IMG/VR virus record: IMGVR_UViG_2823592041_000002 | Span: 64,001 to 128,000 of that record | Reading direction: 5' to 3' (one strand) | From: a virus | Lineage: Duplodnaviria > Caudoviricetes | Length of the DNA: 64,000 bases | Position numbers and translations under genes: made by a program | Part shown: piece after piece, positions 39,301 through 48,149 of the stretch | Position numbering within the stretch: the first letter of the stretch is position 1 | Layout: the number at the start of each line of letters is the position of its first letter | Notes under the pieces: model-generated | Databases searched by the model: none | The model's input: the letters and a program-made list of their open reading frames with translations, nothing else | Told to the model about the DNA's origin: nothing

Positions 39301-40882
39301 TATTATTGATATAACACCATCTTACGAATTAACATCAAGTCCACAAATCTCAGTTAATGAAGGTTCTACACTTAGAATAAGTTTATCAACTGAAAATGTG
39401 TCTGAAACTTCAATACCATACACTGTGAGTGGTATACAACCAGCTGACTTTAATGATGGGTCTGCTGACATGAATGGAAATTTCAGTTTAGATGCTAACG
39501 GAGATGGGTTTGTTGATTTCCTTATCAAAGAAGATTTAACAACAGAATCAGTGGCTGAGGATTTAGTTCTTACATTAACAGGTCTAGGTGAACAAATAAG
39601 TGTCAATATTATTGATTCATCTAAAACACCTATATGGAATTTGACGACAGACCCAGTTGATTCAGTTGATGAGGGTAATAATTTACTTGTAACATTGGCA
39701 ACTCAAAATGTCCCTGCTGGTAATTATGCTTATCGAATAGAAGGTATTGATGCTGCTGACTTAGACATAGCTGGAGGTTCAGCAGAATTAACAGGGGATT
39801 TTGTAATTACAGGTGCAACAAATGATGCTTCTTCCGATAGTATAACTTTAAAACTGAAAGCAGATGCTACATCAGAAGGTGCTGAGACACTAACTATATC
39901 ATTGGATAATGGTGAAGTTGCCCCGATTACTATCACCGTGAATGACACTTCGAATTCAGACCCAGTTGCAGGTCCACTAATACCTTGGGCCGGTTCAAGA
40001 TACCCTTCAATAAGTGATGATGGTATGTATTCAGCAACTGTCGGTGGTAATCACGCTGCTAATGTTGTAAAATTCTACAAATATGAGAACTCGTCTTGGA
40101 CTCACACTCAAAGTATATCGAACTATGATCCTGGTAGTCAAAATATTGATGGATATGGGGATATTAAAATGTCCTCTGACGGATCAATAGTTGCATATTG
40201 TGACCCATACGCTAATGAAAAGGATAGCATAGTGAGAGTATTTGAAAGGGGTGGAGATGGTCAATATACTTTAAGGGATACATTTACTCCTGGAGGGGGT
40301 GGATTCCAAGCTACTTGGGGTATGGCCTTATCTGAGGATGGTCAAACTATAGTTGTAGGGTCAATGTTAGATTCCAAAATTAGAACTTTTGAGTATTCTA
40401 ACGGTACTTGGAACCCAGTTTCCACTATTAGTATACCAGTTAAACCTATGCAGCTGGACTTGTCATCTGACGGTCAAAAATTATTATTTGGTACTGGTTG
40501 GAATAACACTGCAAATTCTGGGTTTTATATTTATAATAGAGATGGGAATAGTTGGACTCAAGATACTTTTAAATACATTGACAACCCAAACCCTGGAAAT
40601 GTTCGAGTCTGGAGCTCAGCATGGTCTAAGGGTACAAATTTCATAGCTGTTGGAACATCTGGTTATGGAGCATACCCAAGCACAATTTTCTTTTTTGATT
40701 ATGACTCATCTTCAGGTTCGTGGATTCAAAGATCGAGTACAATTGTAGACCCAGCAAGTGAGTTCCAAGGACATTACAATTATGGTTCAAGAATAGCACT
40801 TAGTGAAGAGAATAATGGGCAAATAACTCTAATTACAACTGATGGTAATACATTCACATTACCGGCTGACCCACCAGAATAA
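36326..40882 (+). CDS. Large virion adhesin/decoration protein: anchor, 8 Calx-beta/Ig-like repeats and 2 beta-propellers
   Basis: Eight roughly 100-aa repeats (V/I)(N/D)EG...TLTT...YTI.GI...DL...KED...EG.E; two blocks of FG-GAP-like SxDG blades. Confidence 0.75.
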   Translation: MVKKLWSREEDGQLPNWLNDEQKSRCYCDDRGWVLVHKDGNEEVIVAANTLNDPSERGHGFEDGKSKDADRSGAHNDVSYSLSRSSQIINEGAFATVTLTTTGVADNTQVPYTIEGVEAEDLQGGQLSGNFLVSGGTATLNLTAVNDSLTEGPQTITVRLGTGEFITVDINDTSKAPSYILSAPGSVNEGEPFTITLTTENFNDGPVAYTITGIDDNDLDIAGGSAGRTGNINVSTNTGSITLKLKEDLSFNEGDETLTLTLDGDLDTIDVTVVDSSTASPTYTLSAPETINEGQDLTITLTTEDVNDGPVPYTITGIQNADLDIDGGSAGLSGEFTVSGSPSSDSITLKLKEDLSDNENNENLVLTLNNGEDSVSVTIVDTSKAPVFNLTSNPLVSVNEGASLTINLSTENFSGNTVPYFVSGIDDNDLASGSASLNSNFSLDGNGDGSLIFNIKEDATTEGVDNFVLELLGHGQQIQVDINDTSLTPVYTLSTSPQFSVDEGLDLVVTLQTQNVPDGDYTYNISGTGFDSDDLKPTSAGRTGNFTVSGSPSTDSITLQLKNDYTSNEGDETITIALNNGGDSIQVDVIDTSNMGSTDRGQLPVVNDNLKHSSVSDDAQYAALGATSSDGSVEIFKYNGTGWDLLQTLPKPMADAFDAHGMATAFNSDGTVLAVGDGWANTYRGRVFIYRRDVNSGLFGPDPEHIIDGPHNATAYFGHGVALTGDGNQLFVVCTQTNKIYRYDYNNSEWSSSPDYTLNTPVKYRDVDVSSDGLMLVAAGGHGAPFEARVWTWDGSSFTDHSVVSMPTQNATLGVAISNKKLLAVGQVGTVNQENRVTLFDLDGTTWTPRPLESWQTSAIVGSWTINKGFKIALSEPKSDGKVLVVDHEGQMRDILATTDTYSISGPSSINEGQDLTLTLTALGIDGQVGYSISGITDADLDIAGGSDSVDGNFQVSDSAGSITLKIKEDANSSDGSLVLTLDNGEASKTVSIIDITPSYELTSSPQISVNEGSTLRISLSTENVSETSIPYTVSGIQPADFNDGSADMNGNFSLDANGDGFVDFLIKEDLTTESVAEDLVLTLTGLGEQISVNIIDSSKTPIWNLTTDPVDSVDEGNNLLVTLATQNVPAGNYAYRIEGIDAADLDIAGGSAELTGDFVITGATNDASSDSITLKLKADATSEGAETLTISLDNGEVAPITITVNDTSNSDPVAGPLIPWAGSRYPSISDDGMYSATVGGNHAANVVKFYKYENSSWTHTQSISNYDPGSQNIDGYGDIKMSSDGSIVAYCDPYANEKDSIVRVFERGGDGQYTLRDTFTPGGGGFQATWGMALSEDGQTIVVGSMLDSKIRTFEYSNGTWNPVSTISIPVKPMQLDLSSDGQKLLFGTGWNNTANSGFYIYNRDGNSWTQDTFKYIDNPNPGNVRVWSSAWSKGTNFIAVGTSGYGAYPSTIFFFDYDSSSGSWIQRSSTIVDPASEFQGHYNYGSRIALSEENNGQITLITTDGNTFTLPADPPE

Positions 40883-40902
40883 AAAATATTTTAAAAAAGT
40901 TA

Positions 40903-40931
40903 TTGACAATGTTATAAATATAGTTTATAAT
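40903..40931 (+). promoter_or_regulatory. Sigma70 promoter with a late TATAAATA nested in its spacer
   Basis: TTGACA-17-TATAAT; TATAAATA at 40913. Confidence 0.7.
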
Positions 40932-40964
40932 ATAAATGTAGTTAAATATAATATGGAGGATTTA

Positions 40965-41450
40965 ATGAGTACTACTGAAGAAACTATTGAAACTACTACT
41001 GAAACAACTGAAGTTAAAGAAACTCCGGTTGGTGTTGGTGGTATTGTTGGGGAGACCCATGTCACATCTCTGGATGGATTGATTAGTGTTATTTTGCAAG
41101 AAAGGTTAACTTTGGTTAGGTCTAATAAGAATAATACTGAACTTTTTAATAAATTGCAAGAATTTATTACAGAAAAGAGTAATAATGTGACCCAAGTTGA
41201 TGGTGCTATTTCAGCATTGAATGGTTTTGTAACTGAAGATACACCTAGTGACGATAAACATGTTGTTGAATTGGCAAAATTACATCACCAAAGAAATGAC
41301 CTTATTGGTGAATTAAAAACGGCTGATGCTCAGAGAAGAAACATTTTCAGTACTATTACAATGACTGAAGGTGCTTTACAAGTGTTGAATCAAGTTCTTT
41401 CCAAGACAGATCACACAGAAGAAGGAACAACTGAGGCAACAGAAGTTTGA
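40965..41450 (+). CDS. Hypothetical coiled-coil protein with two internal repeats
   Basis: GGAGG SD before ATG 40965; QVDGAISALN and MTEGALQVLN repeated motif. Confidence 0.65.
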   Translation: MSTTEETIETTTETTEVKETPVGVGGIVGETHVTSLDGLISVILQERLTLVRSNKNNTELFNKLQEFITEKSNNVTQVDGAISALNGFVTEDTPSDDKHVVELAKLHHQRNDLIGELKTADAQRRNIFSTITMTEGALQVLNQVLSKTDHTEEGTTEATEV

Positions 41451-41453
41451 TAG

Positions 41454-41840
41454 ATGAAAGATCTTAACAAAGAGAATATTGACATATTTTCTGAATTATC
41501 TTATAGAAATCCGCAGTGCTTATCATCTGAGGATTTCTATGAGGATATGAGTAGGGTTAAATATGTTAAGAGGTTGTTCAATAAATATAATAGGGGTGGT
41601 GAAATAAAGACCAGATTAATTCTCAATCACATTATAGCATTTTATAATGTTTTTGAAAATAGAGATGCCACTAGAATACTTTTCTTTAAGATGGACCAAA
41701 ATTATTGGCCTTTATTAAAAACTTTTTTGTTATACTTATCTTATATGCCAGAAATAGTTCACGGTATTAATGGTAGAAATATTATGTCCGAGGATATAAA
41801 TATAGATGTGGCTATTTTTAGAGAATTGGAGAATATATGA
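41454..41840 (+). CDS. Conserved T4-like hypothetical protein
   Basis: Y.NPQC...DFYED..R.KY.KRL...Y...G....RLILNHII..YNVF, a family common in marine T4-likes (recall). Confidence 0.75.
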   Translation: MKDLNKENIDIFSELSYRNPQCLSSEDFYEDMSRVKYVKRLFNKYNRGGEIKTRLILNHIIAFYNVFENRDATRILFFKMDQNYWPLLKTFLLYLSYMPEIVHGINGRNIMSEDINIDVAIFRELENI

Positions 41841-43054
41841 AAAGTGTTTTGAGAGAGGGGTTTCTTTCAAATGCCCTCAACTATGTTGTATTATATAAAT
41901 TAATTTCTAGGATGATAAAACCTATTAAGAAAACAAAAGCTTTTGAGCTTGGTATTGTTGATGAAAAAGGTAAAATTCTTAGAAAGAGGAGAAAATTGAA
42001 AACTAAAGAAGAAAAGGATGCTCTAACGAGATTGGACATATTTGTTTTCAATTTAAAAAGAGTTCTTGGTCCTCTTGGTAGGTCTAAACTTGCAAATATT
42101 GTGGGTGCTTTATATCTCCTTAAAGAACAAGATAATCTAGAAATGTTCGACGATGAAGAAAATAGATTTGTTCTTGTAGAGTCTAGATATTCAAGTTTTG
42201 TGGAATCTTTGTCCAGAGAAGATTATCTTTTTATAGAAGAGATTGCTAATGCTGTTGGTGATGGGTCGAACGTTGCTGGACTTACAGGTGAGCCGCCTGT
42301 TGATCTTAAAAAGAAGAAAAAGAAAGATAAAAAAAAAGAGCAAAAGAACAACTTAGTCGAGGGGAAGACACAGGAAATCCCTAGAAGAAATATTAAAGCT
42401 TTAATCGGTAAAGCTAAGTCAAGCATTATAAACAAAAATATTACAATACGCTCAATCGCAAATCAGATTGAGAAAACTCTAAGAAGAAAGTATGATATAG
42501 AGATATCTATTGAGAAATCTTCAAAAGTTGCTTCTGGGTCAATAATAATAAATGCTTATTATGATCCAGAAAATGATAAAAATGGTGAAGATGTTCCAAT
42601 TCAAATAGAATTGAAAGTTTCAGACCCAGAAATTCTATTAAATTTGGATAATTATTTGTGGAATAAGTTTTCTAATGAACTTGCGGATGCAATTCAACAT
42701 GAATATCTCCACATGTCACAGTACAGAAATAGAGGTTTTGTTAAAACCTCTGAGTATAAACCTAAAGTTACAAAAGAAATAAAGGATTTTTATAATGCTA
42801 AAGTTTATTTAGGAAATTCTGATGAGATAGAGGCATACGCTTTGAACATCTCTAGCGAACTCCTAAATAAGTATAGAACAAAACAAAAGACTATTGCTAA
42901 TGTTAAACGATTGGATAAAAGTCTTTTCACAGCATCACCGAATTTGTTTGCTTATTTCATGGCATTCAATTTTGATAGTAGACATCCAGTAATTAGAAAA
43001 CTTCTGAAGAAAGTTTTATTGTACATCGAAAGTCAAAGACCTTCTAGGAATTAG
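41837..43054 (+). CDS. Conserved T4-like head-associated protein fused to an HExxH zincin-like domain
   Basis: KAFELGIVDEKGK.L N-terminal family; NAVGDGSNVAGLTGEPPV; after LVE, IQHEYLHMSQ...Y....EIEAYA. Confidence 0.6.
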   Translation: MKSVLREGFLSNALNYVVLYKLISRMIKPIKKTKAFELGIVDEKGKILRKRRKLKTKEEKDALTRLDIFVFNLKRVLGPLGRSKLANIVGALYLLKEQDNLEMFDDEENRFVLVESRYSSFVESLSREDYLFIEEIANAVGDGSNVAGLTGEPPVDLKKKKKKDKKKEQKNNLVEGKTQEIPRRNIKALIGKAKSSIINKNITIRSIANQIEKTLRRKYDIEISIEKSSKVASGSIIINAYYDPENDKNGEDVPIQIELKVSDPEILLNLDNYLWNKFSNELADAIQHEYLHMSQYRNRGFVKTSEYKPKVTKEIKDFYNAKVYLGNSDEIEAYALNISSELLNKYRTKQKTIANVKRLDKSLFTASPNLFAYFMAFNFDSRHPVIRKLLKKVLLYIESQRPSRN

Positions 43055-43068
43055 GAAAGGAATATTTT

Positions 43069-44964
43069 ATGAAGAGAAAGTTGATAGTGTTGACCATATT
43101 TGGTCTGATCACCAGTGGTTTCTTCTTTTTTCAAAAGTATAGGGGAACACCTATATTCAAAACTAGTTATTCACATTTTGTGGAAAGTGTAAGAAATAAA
43201 AAGGCAGATAGTGTCGTCTTCAGTGATAGATTTATTGATTACGTGGTTGGAAGTAAAAAGTATAAAACACCCAGACCAAAAGGTGAAACGGATAGTTTAA
43301 AAGAAGTTAAGGAAAGTGATATACATTACACTTTTCAACCTGAAAGTAAACCTATATTAACACCTGTTGTAGTTCTTCTTTTTGGAATCTTTCTCGCAGT
43401 ATCAACTTTCATAATGTGGAGATTGTATTGTTTTATCAATAGAATATTAAGTAATATGAGACACATGCAAGGTGGCCCACATTTCGGTTCGAGTTCTTTT
43501 GGCGGTTCCGGTTCTGGTCCTGGAGACCCTTTTGGTGGAGGGGGTTCAAGACCTCCAACTCCATCAGAGAGTCCCTCAAAGTTCTTTGAACCAGAACAAT
43601 CTGACGTAAAGTTTGACGATATTGCTGGTAATGAAGAAGCAAAAGAGGAATTAGAACAGATTGTAGATTTTCTCAAGAGTAATAAGAAGTATAAGAAGAT
43701 GGGAGCTCATTTACCAAAAGGTGCTATTCTATATGGTCCTTCTGGAACTGGTAAAACCATGTTCGCAAAGGCAATTGCTGGAGAATCTGGTGTTCCCTTC
43801 ATGTATGTCTCTGGTTCTGAATTCGTAGAAATGTATGTCGGTGTTGGTGCTGCAAGAGTGAGGGATATGTTTGCGAAAGCAAGAGAAGCATCCCCTTGTG
43901 TAGTTTTCATTGACGAGATTGATGCTGTTGGTAAGAAAAGAAGTAACAGTGATAAGAACTCTGAAAGAGATCAAACACTCAATCAGATTTTGGTTGAGAT
44001 GGACGGTTTCAACAGTTTAGGTTCTGATGTTATTGTTATCGGCGCAACTAACAGACTTGAAACTCTTGATGATGCTTTATTAAGGCCTGGCAGGTTTGAT
44101 AAACACGTATCTGTAGATTTACCTGACAGAGAAGGTAGACAGAAGATATTGAATCTATGTTTGAAGAAACTTCCATTGTTGGAAGATGGTATCAATGTGG
44201 AAAGACTGTCAAAAAAGACTGTTGGATTTTCTGGTGCGGATTTAGTGAATGTTGTAAATGAAAGTGCTTTGTTGGCAGTCAAAGATGACCTCAAGAAGAT
44301 TGACCAAGATTGTTTAGAAAGAGCAATTGAAAAGGTTGCTTATGGTTCTGAGAAGAAGTCTAGAAAACAAGACGAGAAAGAACTTGAGAACACTGCTTGG
44401 CACGAATCAGGTCATGCTTTGTTAGGTCTAATATTAGACAATAACGCAAAGATTGATAAAATCACTATCATACCAAGAACTAAGAGTTTGGGGCATGTAT
44501 CCTTTCTATCTGAAGAGAAGCATTCAACCAAATCACAACTCTTAAATTCCATCTGTATATCTTTGGGTGGTAGAGTCGGAGAGGAAATGCTTGCAGGTGA
44601 TTATACCCCAGGAGCATCTTCTGATATTAGGAGCGCTACTCGAACTGCTAGAAACATGGTTACACGATGGGGTATGAGTTCCCTTGGGATGTTAAACTTG
44701 AACAATATGGAAGAAGGTTGGAAAACTCACGAACTTTCTGATGATATGTTGGAAAAGGTTGATAAAGAGATTCGAGGAATTGTTGATGGACAGTATGATA
44801 GAGCAAAAAAACTTCTTGATATGAATAAAGAATCTCTGAAGAACTTGTCTGAACTTTTATTAGACAAGGAAACACTAACTGGTGAAGAAGTTGAAAAACT
44901 ACTTGATGGTGTTTTAGTAAATATTGAAGGATACAATGTATTTTTCAAGAAGGAAGATGAATAA
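43069..44964 (+). CDS. ftsH: ATP-dependent zinc metalloprotease FtsH
   Basis: Two TM segments, GPSGTGKT, FIDEID, LLRPGRFD, HESGH, GASSDI. Confidence 0.95.
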   Translation: MKRKLIVLTIFGLITSGFFFFQKYRGTPIFKTSYSHFVESVRNKKADSVVFSDRFIDYVVGSKKYKTPRPKGETDSLKEVKESDIHYTFQPESKPILTPVVVLLFGIFLAVSTFIMWRLYCFINRILSNMRHMQGGPHFGSSSFGGSGSGPGDPFGGGGSRPPTPSESPSKFFEPEQSDVKFDDIAGNEEAKEELEQIVDFLKSNKKYKKMGAHLPKGAILYGPSGTGKTMFAKAIAGESGVPFMYVSGSEFVEMYVGVGAARVRDMFAKAREASPCVVFIDEIDAVGKKRSNSDKNSERDQTLNQILVEMDGFNSLGSDVIVIGATNRLETLDDALLRPGRFDKHVSVDLPDREGRQKILNLCLKKLPLLEDGINVERLSKKTVGFSGADLVNVVNESALLAVKDDLKKIDQDCLERAIEKVAYGSEKKSRKQDEKELENTAWHESGHALLGLILDNNAKIDKITIIPRTKSLGHVSFLSEEKHSTKSQLLNSICISLGGRVGEEMLAGDYTPGASSDIRSATRTARNMVTRWGMSSLGMLNLNNMEEGWKTHELSDDMLEKVDKEIRGIVDGQYDRAKKLLDMNKESLKNLSELLLDKETLTGEEVEKLLDGVLVNIEGYNVFFKKEDE

Positions 44965-45548
44965 TGTTTAAGAGGTTATTTGGAGGATTATTTGGCGGCT
45001 TAGGTGGTCTATTAGGTAGATTGCCTTTGATAAACAGTGTTCTGGGTATATTTGGACTCAAGAACTTAGTTCTGTTGGGTGGTTTAGTTGGTTCATTCTC
45101 AGTAGCTTATTTAAGTTTTAAGAATGTTACAAATACAATATACAAAGAACACAGAAGAGTTTATGATAAGATTTCAAATCTTGAAACTGAAGTCGCCGAA
45201 AAAGATATAGAAAATCAAAAGTTGAATAGGAAGATAAATTCCTTGAGAAGTCAAATGATGATTTTGAATATGGGTTTTGAGCAAGTGGCTCAAGCACTTA
45301 ACGAAATAATAAAGAACGAACGAGAATCAAGAGAAAGTATTAAAAGATTAGAGGACAGACTTTACCGAGAAAAAGAAGGTAAAAAGTCATTAGAAGAATT
45401 AGCAGAAAAAAAACCCAAAATGGTAGAAAAAATTTTTAATAATGAATTGAAACGGTTGAGAAGATGTGTTGAACTTTTCACTGGTTCAAAAAGAGGTGAA
45501 AATGAAAAGATTGATTGTACTGACATTTTTGGCAAGTCTGCTAACTAG
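44964..45548 (+). CDS. Inner-membrane spanin (Rz-like)
   Basis: Hydrophobic N-terminus, long coiled coil, C-terminal cysteines; overlaps a lipoprotein gene. Confidence 0.65.
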   Translation: MFKRLFGGLFGGLGGLLGRLPLINSVLGIFGLKNLVLLGGLVGSFSVAYLSFKNVTNTIYKEHRRVYDKISNLETEVAEKDIENQKLNRKINSLRSQMMILNMGFEQVAQALNEIIKNERESRESIKRLEDRLYREKEGKKSLEELAEKKPKMVEKIFNNELKRLRRCVELFTGSKRGENEKIDCTDIFGKSAN

Positions 45549-45903
45549 TTTATTAACAGGTTGTAAAAAACGTCGAGAAATAATTAGAAAACTCCCACCA
45601 GAAGTTGGTGAGATGGTTAGAGAGGGTAAATTAAAACCTGCTCTCAAAATTCCTAAAAAAGACCCAGTAAAACTGAATGATGTAAATTTCATTGTAGTTA
45701 CTGAGAAAAACATTGAAGAAGTGTTTGCTAAACTGAAAGATGATGATAAGGTTCCAGTCTTATTCTCCCTTGATGGTAAGGATTACAAATTGATTTCTTT
45801 GAATGTTAGGCTTTTATTGGACTACATCAAGTATCAAAAAGTTGTTATAGGTTTATATAAAGATTACTACGAAAAGAAAGACAAAAGTCTTGACAAAAAG
45901 TAA
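45502..45903 (+). CDS. Outer-membrane spanin (Rz1-like lipoprotein)
   Basis: MKRLIVLTFLASLLTSLLTGC lipobox; Pro-rich; Y..ISLN...L..YI..QK.VI..Y..YYE; GAGG SD. Confidence 0.75.
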   Translation: MKRLIVLTFLASLLTSLLTGCKKRREIIRKLPPEVGEMVREGKLKPALKIPKKDPVKLNDVNFIVVTEKNIEEVFAKLKDDDKVPVLFSLDGKDYKLISLNVRLLLDYIKYQKVVIGLYKDYYEKKDKSLDKK

Positions 45904-45918
45904 TTTTTATTCTATAAT
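45890..45918 (+). promoter_or_regulatory. Sigma70-type early promoter
   Basis: TTGACA-17-TATAAT; only 6 nt lie between the -10 and the primase ATG. Confidence 0.75.
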
Positions 45919-45924
45919 AAACTT

Positions 45925-46938
45925 ATGAGTATTTGGATTGAACAAAAATATATTGGATTATTATCCCCTAAATTAGATAGATTTCACAGAGTTAGAGACA
46001 ACTTATGGAACTTTAGATGTCCATATTGCGGAGACTCTGAAAAGTCTGAATCTAAGACAAGGGGATATTTCCATTTAAGTACGGATCAAAGCTACTATAT
46101 TTACAAATGTCATAACTGTGGTTTTTATACTTCTTTTACAAAGTTTTTACAAACTCATGATTCTTTTTTGTATCAAGAATATAAACTTGAGAACTTAAAA
46201 GAAACGAACCAGTTAAAAAATACTGAACCTGTTTATAAAAGTAAACCTGTAAAATTCAGTAAACCTAAAAGGAAAGTAAAAGAACTTCCTATGGTGAAGA
46301 TGGACAATTTAGATGAGGAACACAAAGCAGTTCAGTATCTAAATTCCAGAATGATTCATTATAAATATAGGTGTAGATTCAGTTACACTGAAGACTTCAA
46401 AAGACTGATAGAACTAATCAGTCCAGATAAATCGCAAAGGTTGAAGAGTGAGGAGAGAATTGTTATTCCCTTCTTCAATCGTCAAAACAAATTAACCCAT
46501 ATTCAAGGACGAGCACTTGATGATAACAGTCTTAGATATATTACAGTAAGTTTATCACAAGGTAGTAAGGTTTATGGACTTGATAGAATTGATAATACAA
46601 AACCAGTTTATGTCGTAGAAGGTATTTTTGATTCACTGTTTTTAGAGAACTGTGTGGCTATGACAGGTTCAGATTTGAATACAGAAGATTTACAAGATTG
46701 TGAATTGGTGTTCTTATTTGATAATGAACCTAGAAACAGGCAGATAGTTCAAAAAGTTGAAAAGATAATAGATATGGGTTATTCCATCGTATTATTTGAT
46801 GACACCTTTAGAGGTAAAGATATCAATGATATGGTGAAAAATGATCACAGTATTGAACAGATAAAAGACTATATTGAAAATCATACTTTCAAAGGTCTTA
46901 AAGCGAAAATGAAATTTACAGAATGGAGAAAATGGTGA
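45925..46938 (+). CDS. gp61: DNA primase
   Basis: NFRCPYCGDS..CHNC zinc finger, IQGR, VVEGIFDSLF, DNEPRN, KDINDM. Confidence 0.96.
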   Translation: MSIWIEQKYIGLLSPKLDRFHRVRDNLWNFRCPYCGDSEKSESKTRGYFHLSTDQSYYIYKCHNCGFYTSFTKFLQTHDSFLYQEYKLENLKETNQLKNTEPVYKSKPVKFSKPKRKVKELPMVKMDNLDEEHKAVQYLNSRMIHYKYRCRFSYTEDFKRLIELISPDKSQRLKSEERIVIPFFNRQNKLTHIQGRALDDNSLRYITVSLSQGSKVYGLDRIDNTKPVYVVEGIFDSLFLENCVAMTGSDLNTEDLQDCELVFLFDNEPRNRQIVQKVEKIIDMGYSIVLFDDTFRGKDINDMVKNDHSIEQIKDYIENHTFKGLKAKMKFTEWRKW

Positions 46939-47105
46939 ACGAAGAACAGGGTGTGGAAATTAAAGAATCTCTCATTAGGACTAGGGATTTTCTAAACTTC
47001 CTAAAAAACTACGACGACTTACCAAAGTTTGTTAAGTTGGATGCTGAGGTTTTATTGAAAGACTTCCCAACAGACTATAACCTTACAAGATTATTTAATA
47101 AGTGA
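46932..47105 (+). CDS. Small hypothetical protein
   Basis: GGAG SD; RTRDFL...P......A..LLK.FP. Confidence 0.55.
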   Translation: MVNEEQGVEIKESLIRTRDFLNFLKNYDDLPKFVKLDAEVLLKDFPTDYNLTRLFNK

Positions 47106-47111
47106 GTTTTT

Positions 47112-48128
47112 ATGTTTATGCAAGCTTACACTTACGATGATATTTTATTACTACCTAATAAATCCTTACATTCTCGGAAAGATCCAAAATTAGAAACAAA
47201 ACTTTCTAGAAATATTTACATAGATAATCCTATAACATCCGCTAATATGGACACTATTACTGGATTTGAGTTAGCAAGAACTATGAGCAAAATGGGTGGA
47301 GTTGGATTTCTTCATAGGAATATGGAGATTGAAGAGAATGTTACAATAGTAAAGAAATGTCTAGATGAATGGGAAACTTACTGGAGTCCTGTTGTACCCA
47401 CTGTTGGAGTTTCTAGTATTCAAGAGATGGCACGTGCAGAACTTCTTTTAGAATTAGGCATTCCTGCAATTTGTATTGATATCGCTAATGCATATTCTGA
47501 TAGAGTTGTTAATATGATAAATTTTATTAGAAGTAAATCAAAGGATACCGATATTATTGTTGGGAATGTTGCAACCGCTTCTGCTGCTTTATTTTTAGCA
47601 AAACATGGTGCGGATGCTATAAAAGTTGGTATTGGACCTGGAAGCGTTTGTACGACTAGGAGAATGACTGGTTTTGGAGTTCCTCAATTGACTGCTGTTA
47701 GAATGGTAAAGTTGGGTTTGATGGAGTATAAATATTCCGACATTCCAGTGATTGCTGACGGTGGGATTAAAAGTTCTGGTGACATTGTTAAGGCATTATG
47801 GGCTGGTGCAAGTTCTATTATGACGGGTAAATTATTTGCAGGTTGTAGAGAAGCAAATGATCCAACTTCATATAGAGGTATGGCTTCAAGTAATGCTAGA
47901 GAAGTATTAAAAACAGATTCTGGAGATTCTGTTGCTGAAGAAGGTATTGCTATTGAAGTTGAGGATGCTGGAAGTGCAGAAGACGTTATTAAAGAACTTT
48001 GTAATGGTATTCGTTCTGGAATGTCTTATGCGGGTTGTAATTTTATAAGTGAATTAACACTCTCAAAAGAAGTTGGAGCTGTTGTGCAAACTCAGAATGG
48101 TATTATTGAAAGTGGTACTAGAAAATAA
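47112..48128 (+). CDS. IMP dehydrogenase / GMP reductase family protein without CBS domains
   Basis: [33 protein letters not shown] catalytic Cys, IADGGI, YRGMAS. Confidence 0.9.
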   Translation: MFMQAYTYDDILLLPNKSLHSRKDPKLETKLSRNIYIDNPITSANMDTITGFELARTMSKMGGVGFLHRNMEIEENVTIVKKCLDEWETYWSPVVPTVGVSSIQEMARAELLLELGIPAICIDIANAYSDRVVNMINFIRSKSKDTDIIVGNVATASAALFLAKHGADAIKVGIGPGSVCTTRRMTGFGVPQLTAVRMVKLGLMEYKYSDIPVIADGGIKSSGDIVKALWAGASSIMTGKLFAGCREANDPTSYRGMASSNAREVLKTDSGDSVAEEGIAIEVEDAGSAEDVIKELCNGIRSGMSYAGCNFISELTLSKEVGAVVQTQNGIIESGTRK

Positions 48129-48149
48129 AAGGAATAATAGGAGAAAAAA

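Noticed and set aside
40842-40964. Upstream start of the 202-aa ORF
   Set aside because: This stretch is promoter DNA; a GGAGG SD supports ATG 40965.
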